A stretch of 5,634 nt of DNA from Octopus sinensis (lineage: Eukaryota), in the NCBI RefSeq assembly GCF_006345805.1, contig NW_021829851.1, forward strand, positions 1-5,634. Direction: 5' to 3'. Below, piece after piece: positions 1 through 5,634 of this stretch; positions within the stretch are counted from its first letter, which is position 1; every line of letters starts with the position of its first letter. The translations under genes were made by a program, and so were the position numbers. The notes beneath the pieces are model-generated. The model did not search any database. It saw only the letters and a program-made list of their open reading frames with translations, and was not told where the DNA came from.

Positions 1-296
1 AATAAAATCGGTTGCCATGTGGGGTAAACAATCAAACAAAACGGTTACAGTTTCGAGTTCTGTCGAGTCAGACTTTTCTACTTTTCGCGGTTACCAAATC
101 TATCGATGTCTATAAACTCTCTTACATCGTAGTATTAGCATCCTTGCCGATAAAGAACATCTCAAATTCTTGATTTTATCAATAAGGTACTGGATTACAA
201 GTTTATAAGTTATGAGTTCAAAATATATGACAAGGGAATGTATATGCATTTCATCAAAATTCTTAATCGCTTGAATCTAAGATAATGTCGTAGAAT

Positions 297-420
297 GACA
301 GTGAAATGGTTGAATCGTTAGACGTTGGGTAGAAAGTCTCACTGTATTTGTTTCGGATCTCGTGTCCTGAGTTCAAAGCCAATTTTGCCTTTTATTCTTT
401 CGGATTGATAAAAGCGTACA
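297..420 (+). mobile_element. Old, degenerate, 3'-truncated copy of tRNA-derived SINE family B
   Basis: Aligns loosely to 5051-5185: A-box-like TGGTTGAATCGTTAG, B-box-like CTGAGTTCAAA, then TTTGCCTTTTATTCTTTCGGATTGATAAAA versus TTTGCCTTTCATCCTTTCGGGGTCGATAAA. Confidence 0.65.
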
Positions 421-485
421 ATAAGTATAATTTCGAATATTTTACAGTAATTTCAGCTAATCTCTATCTAATTCAAATCCCATTA

Positions 486-716
486 GACTGCGAACTGACA
501 GAAACGTTAGCATGCTGAGCGAAATGCTTAGCGGTATTTCGTCTGCTGTTATGTTCTGAGTTCAAATTCCGCCGAGGTCGACTTTGCCTTTCATTCTTTC
601 GAGGTCGATAAATTAAGTACCAGTTACGCACTGGGGTCGATGTAATCGACTTAATACCTATGTCTGTCCTTGTTTGTCCTCTCTATGTTTAGCCCTTTGT
701 GGGTAATAAAGAAATA
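486..716 (+). mobile_element. Full-length tRNA-derived SINE family B copy
   Basis: Ungapped 231-bp alignment to 5051-5281 with 23 mismatches by hand count (about 90%). A box (TGACAGAAACGTTAG), B box (GAGTTCAAATTCC), 3' end TAAAGAAATA. Confidence 0.92.
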
Positions 717-845
717 GGTATTTCGTCCATCTTAGCGTTCTGAGTTTAAATTCCACCAAGGTCGATTTGCCTCTCATTCTTTTGAAAGTCGATAAAATAA
801 ATATCAGTTGAGCACTAGGGTTGATGTAATCGACTAAATTACTCC
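717..845 (+). mobile_element. Partial, more diverged SINE family B copy fused head-to-tail to the previous copy
   Basis: Starts at the internal motif GGTATTTCGTC and continues through GAGTTTAAATTCC, GTCGATAAAATAAATATCAGTTGAGCACTAGGG and GATGTAATCGACT. Confidence 0.82.
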
Positions 846-1683
846 TGGGTATGAGTATAAAAACTACACCCCTCTGCTAAGCCAAGTCAAGCCAGTGTGG
901 CAAACCAATGTGGTCTTAAGCTCAAACTCATATTGACAAAAAAAAAAAAGAAAAGAAAAACAATGTACAATAAGAACAATTTCGAATATTTCCATGGTTG
1001 GTGGAGAGAACATGCTGTGGCCCTTGTCCTGCAGTGAACAACCCAATTCAGTCCAAATCCCGTAGCTTCATTGAAGCACAGGCGATGGTTGAAAAATAAT
1101 TACTCGAAGTATCACGCTATGAAATCAAATCCGTAATATCATAAAGAGCGAGGTGAATTTCGCAACTAACAATTCTGCCAGCTTTGCGCCTGTGTCTCTC
1201 CAGTCTAGTCTAACAGACAACCGATGCCACACATGCGATGAAATCTTACGTGAGCCAGTAAAATATATTTTCCAATCTGAACGTTGTCTCGTTTTGTTTT
1301 ATGAAACGGTTTATCAGAAGATTTATTGCGCACGAAACCACATCGTTTCTACGTCATTCTTTGCCATTTCTAGCAATGTAATATTGCGAGGGCCGAGAAG
1401 GGACTGAAGTAGTAGTGGCAAGAGAAGGGGCAGGTAAGGGGGTTAAGGTTTTAATATTTTATTGTTTTTTCCATCTTATCTGCGTTTTTCTTTTTAAAAA
1501 AATTATACTAAACACACCACTTTCTCTAATGTGCTCATTTTGCTTTCCTACACCCAGTCATATCCTACTCTCACCACCCCTATCTCTTTTTCTCTTTTTT
1601 TCTATTTTTTTACTCTCTCTTCCACACACATTTTTTTCGGAGACAACTGGGTATCTCTGCGTAAAAACTTTATAATTTACAAT

Positions 1684-1726
1684 GTGTGTGCGTGTATGTA
1701 GAGATGTATATATGTATATGCATGTC

Positions 1727-1798
<72 letters not shown>

Positions 1799-1821
1799 CT
1801 TTTCATATGCGTATGCATTTA

Positions 1822-1856
<35 letters not shown>

Positions 1857-1893
1857 CTACATACATACATACATTCATACATACATACATACA

Positions 1894-1927
<34 letters not shown>

Positions 1928-1952
1928 CATGCAAACATACATACATGCATGC

Positions 1953-2004
<52 letters not shown>

Positions 2005-2127
2005 CTATATGGGTAGTTAAGCAGACAGATATGATATGAAATCAGTTACATACATACAACTACGCACTATCGCGCACACGCACACACACACATATGCACA
2101 CACACACGTACACACGCACACATACAT

Positions 2128-2158
<31 letters not shown>

Positions 2159-2160
2159 TA
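1684..2160. repeat. Compound microsatellite: (TA)n about 1733-1794, (ATCT)n about 1822-1856, (TACA)n about 1858-1920, (TA)n about 1953-2009, CA-rich about 2075-2160
   Basis: Directly visible simple repeats; these generate the spurious IY/IHTY ORFs in the track. Confidence 0.97.
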
Positions 2161-2327
2161 CGGCTGGGTCTCTTTCTGGCGTTATATCAATAACAGTGAG
2201 TGCCATTAGGCCTTATTGTCGATGTTATCATTTAGAGACAAAAAAATAATAGCATCCATATTCTTTATGCGCGTTTATTTCATGGGAAACTTACGATGTT
2301 TTGGTGGATATAAAAGACACACAAAAA

Positions 2328-2560
2328 CTGACACGCACGCACACACACACATATGAATAGCACACGCGCGCATATAGCACACACATAGCACAGATACATA
2401 TTACACACACATAAATAGCACTCACATAGCACACACACACATACACAAGCGCACGCATGTATTCGTATACAAACACACACATGCACATATAATGCATTAG
2501 CCTACACTCACACATACGAATACACACACATGCATACGCTCTTTCACACACGTATACAAA
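2328..2560. repeat. Degenerate (CA)n/(CG)n microsatellite with a recurring ATAGCAC motif
   Basis: CA-rich low-complexity tract with ATAGCAC at 2357, 2374, 2385, 2415 and 2426. Confidence 0.9.
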
Positions 2561-2578
2561 CAAATCGAAACATTATCA

Positions 2579-2734
2579 GTGCAAACAGCTGTGTGGTTAA
2601 GAAGCTTGCTTTGCCACGAGGTGGTTGCAGGTTCAATCTCACTTTACAGCACCTTAGACAAGTGTCTCCTACCATGGCCCCCGATTGACCGACCGATATC
2701 TTTGAGTGAATAGATGAAAAGCATATGGAAGCCC
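2579..2734 (+). mobile_element. Old tRNA-derived SINE family A, 5' half only
   Basis: tRNA-like head (GCTGTGTGGTTAAGAAGC, B-box-like GGTTCAATCTC). Body CAGCACCTTAGACAAGTGTCTCCTACCATGGCC...GGAAGCCC aligns to 2753-2847 and ends at a (TA)n tract. Confidence 0.8.
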
Positions 2735-2752
2735 TATATATATATATATATA

Positions 2753-3099
2753 TGCGTGGCACCTTGGGCAAGTGTCTTCTACTATAGCCTCAAGCCGACC
2801 AATGCCTTGTGAGTGGATTTGGTAGACGGAAACTGAAAGAAGCCCGTCGTATATATGTGTATATATGTATATGTGTGTGTTTGTGTGTCTGTGTTTGTCC
2901 CCCACCGTTGGTTGACAACTGATGCTGGTGTGTTTATGTCCCCGTTACTTAGCGGTTCGGCAAAAGAGACCGATAGAATAAGTACTGGGCTTACAAAAGA
3001 ATAAGTCCCGGGGTCGAGTTGCTCGATTAAAGGCGGTGCTCCAGCATGGCCGCAGTCAAATGACTGAAACAAGTAAAAGAGTAAAAGAGTAAAAGAGTA
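2753..3099 (+). mobile_element. Younger, 5'-truncated SINE family A copy with complete 3' end
   Basis: GCGTGGCACCTTGGGCAAGTGTCTTCTAC...GAAAGAAGCCCGTCG, internal TA/TG tract, then GGCGGTGCTCCAGCATGGCCGCAGTCAAATGACTGAAAC and an (AGTAAAAG)x3 tail at 3072-3095. Confidence 0.9.
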
Positions 3100-3245
3100 T
3101 ATAAAATACAGTGTACATTTAAACACATCAAGAGATATCCATCATAGGACTCCCTTACGCTAGAAGGAACAGCTAAAGTCCTAGCGTAAGGGAGTCCTAT
3201 GATGGATACCTCTTGATGTGTTTAAATGTCCACTGTATTTTATAT
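3099..3245. repeat. Fold-back palindrome: 65-bp arms (3099-3163 and 3181-3245), 17-nt spacer
   Basis: Arms are reverse complements at 63/65 positions; mismatches at 3114/3230 and 3135/3209. Confidence 0.97.
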
Positions 3246-3557
3246 TAATAATATATAATCTGTTGACTAATTTTTCTATATTCTAGGCCACTGGTAGTAA
3301 AAATTTCTAAAATCTTTATTACCCTGATATTATTAATTATATATACGACAAGAAATAATAATTGCCTCTTTTTATGGAGATAAAAGGGTTTATAGGACAG
3401 AAAAAAGGAAGTGCACAAATGAAATTGAGACAGAGATTAAAAACACATTGATTAGAAAACAAACATCAAATTCGAGTCAACAACTTTATTTAACACCACG
3501 CTTCCATACATTTGATCATATATAAATATTACCATGGCCTTACAACATATAAAAAGA

Positions 3558-3576
3558 ATATATATATATATATATA

Positions 3577-3626
<50 letters not shown>
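3558..3626. repeat. (TA)n microsatellite with TAA interruptions
   Basis: Directly visible. Confidence 0.97.
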
Positions 3627-3629
<3 letters not shown>

Positions 3630-3741
3630 TCAACAATATAGGAATGGCCCTGATAGGCCACTCGACTCACTAGAAAGAGCAGCCAAACTCAAACCGCTAA
3701 ATAGTTGTAATTCTGAAATTGGAAGAGAAATAAAAACATTT

Positions 3742-3856
3742 ACCCTTTTCACCTCTGGACTATGCATAGTTTCGATAAACTTTGTCAAACAAATTAATTA
3801 AATTAAATTAAATTTGCTTACAACTGGCGTGTCTCATCAGCAGAGAAGCCTAGGAC
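3742..3856 (-). ncRNA. Type I hammerhead ribozyme motif
   Basis: Minus strand reads CUCUG-CUGAUGA-G...C-GAAA-CUAUGCAUAG-UC-CAGAG. CUGAUGA at 3840-3834, G10.1-C11.1 pair (3833/3774), GAAA at 3773-3770, stem III within the palindrome ACUAUGCAUAGU (3770-3759), GUC triplet at 3760-3758, stem I 3845-3841 pairing with 3757-3753. All core nucleotides are canonical. Confidence 0.85.
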
Positions 3857-4000
3857 GAGAATATGTCCACGAGGCTACAGCAAGGGACCCTCAAGCTTAT
3901 ATGCTCTAAATTTTCAAAATCCACCGCTACCGCGCGGTTTTCTCGAAAGAAAGTATAAACTGCTGATTTAATTTCAAATTAGCTAAAAAATCTTAATTAT

Positions 4001-4033
<33 letters not shown>

Positions 4034-4038
4034 TATAT
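4001..4038. repeat. (TA)n microsatellite between the two hammerhead-type units
   Basis: Directly visible. Confidence 0.95.
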
Positions 4039-4039
4039 A

Positions 4040-4594
4040 AAGATACAGAAGGTAAAAAAAAAATTAATTTAGAACGACTAATTGTTGAGATTCCTGTTCA
4101 TCCTGATGAAGGGGTCATTGACCAGATGAACTTTAACTCGTAATCGGACTGCAGCGGTGAACTCACGAAATGGCCACAGAGTGTTTTGACTTGATTTTGT
4201 GGAATTGTCTAATACTCTTTGGACTTCAACCTACCATGGTTTTTATGAAACGAACTATTTTGACATATTTTTTATTTTAGGGGGAGTAAAAACTTTTTTA
4301 GTCGATTGATATATTTTTTATATATTTTTAAAACATGCTTTGAAAAGTTTTTAGTCGCCTAACCCGCTTCAGTAATCCATTTTGATTACTTACTTTTAGT
4401 TGATTGTATATACCTTTTCTTGATAGGCCGTTCTATGTATTTGTATTTTTATGTGCATATATATATTTTTACCATCTGTGTATATATATCTTTTTTATAT
4501 GTTAAAGGACATGGTAATATTTATATATGATCAAATGTATGGAAGCGTGGTGTTATATAGAATCGTTTCAATAGAATTTGATGTTTGTTCTCTA
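4040..4594 (+). mobile_element. Second, older relative of the hammerhead-bearing element in opposite orientation (boundaries approximate)
   Basis: Degenerate CTGATGA(4103-4109)...GAAA(4167-4170)TGGCCA core and a downstream block homologous to the minus-strand unit (4481-4594, weaker similarity at about 4377-4445). Confidence 0.4.
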
Positions 4595-4604
4595 TAAACG
4601 TGTT

Positions 4605-4631
4605 TATATATATATATTATATATATATCTA

Positions 4632-4662
<31 letters not shown>
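4605..4662. repeat. Interrupted (TA)n microsatellite
   Basis: Directly visible. Confidence 0.95.
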
Positions 4663-4689
4663 ATAAGCTTATATATAAATTTAGATAAA

Positions 4690-5450
4690 CTTAAATATAT
4701 TTCGACCAAAGATTGGTCCAGGCCATGTGTAACTTAATAGCACCATCTGATAGGGTTATCTAAATTATTTTTAAGTCAAGTGTTTTGGTATCATGGTCCA
4801 TTGAAGTTGTGAGTTCTTGTTGAGTGAGTTGTATCCAGGTATAGGTGGCTTATCTGGTATTCCTTGAAGAAATTTATCCAGACTACGTTTAAAGGTGATG
4901 GGATCCTTCTCCTCTCTGAGCAGTTTTGGGACAGTGTTAAACAGAGCATGGCCTGTTGAGGAAAAGAAATTGTGTCGCAGTTCCCTCGTTCAGTTGCATT
5001 TTGTTTTTGTCTGCCCATTGACTCACCGCGGCGAGCTGGCAGAAACGTAAGGCGGCGAGCTGGCAGAAACGTTAGCACGCCGGGCGAAATGCGTAGCCGT
5101 ATTTCGTCCGTCGTTACGTTCCGAGTTCAAATTCCGCCGAGGTCGACTTTGCCTTTCATCCTTTCGGGGTCGATAAATTAAGTACCAGTTACGCACTGGG
5201 GTCGATGTAATCGACTTAATCCCTTTGTCTGTCCTTGTTTGTCCCCTCTGTGTTTAGCCCCTTGTGGGCAGTAAAGAAATACGTTGACTCACCGCGTAGA
5301 GATCAACCTGGAGTTGAGTTCGGTCTTCTTCTTCAATGATGATTTGCTGGAGCTTAGTGTCACCAGCAAATATTTTCACTTTGCAGTATCTTACGACGGT
5401 GGAAAGGTCGTTTATGTAGATTATAAAGAGAGGAGCGGGCCCAATACAAT
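4690..5450 (-). mobile_element. Decayed, 5'-truncated, internally deleted CR1-like LINE, interrupted by a SINE
   Basis: RT remnant VLGPLL-(frameshift)-FIIYINDLSTVVRYCKVKIFAGDTKL...VDLYAVSQ continues across the SINE as WADKNKMQLNEG. ORF2 C-terminus LRHNFFSSTGHALFNTVPKLLREEKDPITFKRSLDKFLQGIPDKPPIPGYNSLNKNSQLQWTMIPKHLT* at 4980-4771. 3' UTR stem-loop GACCAA-TCT-TTGGTC. FADD is mutated to FAGD (5370-5359). Confidence 0.88.
5031..5281 (+). mobile_element. Young full-length SINE family B insertion with target-site duplication and duplicated 5' end
   Basis: CpG-rich intact copy. TSD TTGACTCACCGCG at 5018-5030 and 5284-5296 (15 bp if one mismatch is allowed). Removing the insert restores the LINE frame AVSQ|W. 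Confidence 0.95.
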
Positions 5451-5452
5451 AT

Positions 5453-5634
5453 ACGATAACTAATGGTCTTGGACACCAGCCGCCTCTTACAACTTGTGTC
5501 ATATGTAAAAAAAACTTGTAAAGCAATATCTGAACTTAAGAGACATATGCTAGTACACAAAAAACATTGCTTCAGTATCAGATTCCAAAGGGCAAAGATA
5601 TAGAAGAAACTTGGATAATATCTGTCACTTGGGT
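5453..5634 (+). pseudogene. Frameshifted C2H2 zinc-finger remnant, probably the C-terminus of another LINE ORF
   Basis: Removing one A from the A8 run at 5507-5514 gives TNGLGHQPPLTT-CVICKKTCKAISELKRHMLVH (C-x2-C-x12-H-x3-H, 5495-5558). No TGEKP linker. Confidence 0.55.

Larger units (their letters stand above)
416..991 (+). repeat. Pair of 27-bp direct repeats (416-442 and 965-991, 25/27 identical) flanking an A-tailed segment
   Basis: GTACAATAAGTATAATTTCGAATATTT versus GTACAATAAGAACAATTTCGAATATTT; an A-rich tract at 938-963 lies just before the right copy. Confidence 0.8.
3164..4000 (-). mobile_element. Hammerhead-bearing non-coding element, Penelope-like pseudo-LTR or retrozyme-like (boundaries approximate)
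   Basis: Contains a hammerhead core with a palindromic stem III, a downstream AATAAA on the same strand (3485-3490), and an inverted copy of its terminal segment. No ORF. The class assignment is inferred from the known association of hammerheads with Penelope-like elements and retrozymes. Confidence 0.55.
3453..4594. repeat. Diverged inverted repeat: about 3453-3565 versus about 4481-4594, perfect 46-bp core (3491-3536 and 4510-4555)
   Basis: TAACACCACGCTTCCATACATTTGATCATATATAAATATTACCATG is the exact reverse complement of 4510-4555; the flanking block 3453-3473 versus 4574-4594 is 20/21. Confidence 0.93.

Noticed and set aside
50-100. Possible very old SINE B fragment (GAGTTC...GACTTTTCTACTTTTCGCGG)
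   Set aside because: Similarity too short and gapped to support.
486-570. tRNA genes at SINE heads
   Set aside because: A and B boxes are present but there is no cloverleaf, and they continue into SINE bodies.
864-1675. Short ORFs at 864-1046, 1153-1407 and 1415-1675
   Set aside because: GTG starts or low-complexity Phe/Leu-rich translations with no recognisable domain.
1686-2039. ORFs of 117 and 69 aa
   Set aside because: Translations of TA, TCTA and TACA microsatellites.
2295-2327. Possible 33-nt minus-strand microexon with a GTAAGT donor
   Set aside because: The acceptor lacks a polypyrimidine tract and lies in GT repeats, so chance is likely.
2280-2563. Cys/Val-rich minus-strand ORFs
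   Set aside because: Products of (TG)n low-complexity sequence.
2544-3126. Minus-strand ORFs of 75-114 aa
   Set aside because: Antisense readings of SINE family A.
3374-3451. Peptide MEIKGFIGQKKGSAQMKLRQRLKTH resembling a GIY-YIG 'YIG..R..H' motif
   Set aside because: Spacing is about four residues too long, the ORF is only 25 codons, and it is on the strand opposite the hammerhead.
3645-3660. TGGCC-CTGATA-GGCCA hairpin as a hammerhead core
   Set aside because: CUGAUAG is not CUGANGA and no stem III or cleavage site follows.
4695-4730. Hairpin plus GAAATATATT in the LINE tail as a third hammerhead
   Set aside because: No CUGANGA box before the hairpin; better explained as the LINE 3' stem-loop.
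4791-5181. ORFs 4791-5078 and 4972-5181
   Set aside because: Chimeric readings across SINE and LINE in the wrong frames.
5254-5526. 90-aa ORF as a functional reverse transcriptase
   Set aside because: Real RT similarity only in its middle; FADD is mutated to FAGD, and it is frameshifted, truncated and interrupted by a SINE.
1-5634. CRISPR array or prokaryotic system
   Set aside because: No regularly spaced repeat-spacer array or operon-like ORFs; the sequence is eukaryotic repeat DNA.

Overview
AT-rich, repeat-dense eukaryotic non-coding DNA with no intact protein-coding gene. I recognise the two tRNA-derived SINE families from memory as abundant Octopus (cephalopod) repeats, so the taxon is an inference. 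The window holds four copies of one SINE family (B), two of another (A), long TA/TCTA/TACA/CA microsatellites, a decayed and internally deleted CR1-like LINE interrupted by a young SINE with a target-site duplication, and a frameshifted C2H2 zinc-finger remnant. The most notable part is 3099-4594. It carries a complete type I hammerhead ribozyme core on the minus strand (3742-3856), a degenerate hammerhead-like core on the plus strand (about 4096-4185), a diverged inverted repeat with a perfect 46-bp core, and a 65-bp-arm fold-back palindrome at the left boundary. This resembles Penelope-like pseudo-LTR or retrozyme-type elements arranged head-to-head. A 27-bp direct repeat also brackets an A-tailed, SINE-containing segment (416-991). 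All structures were worked out by hand; no folding program or database search was run.
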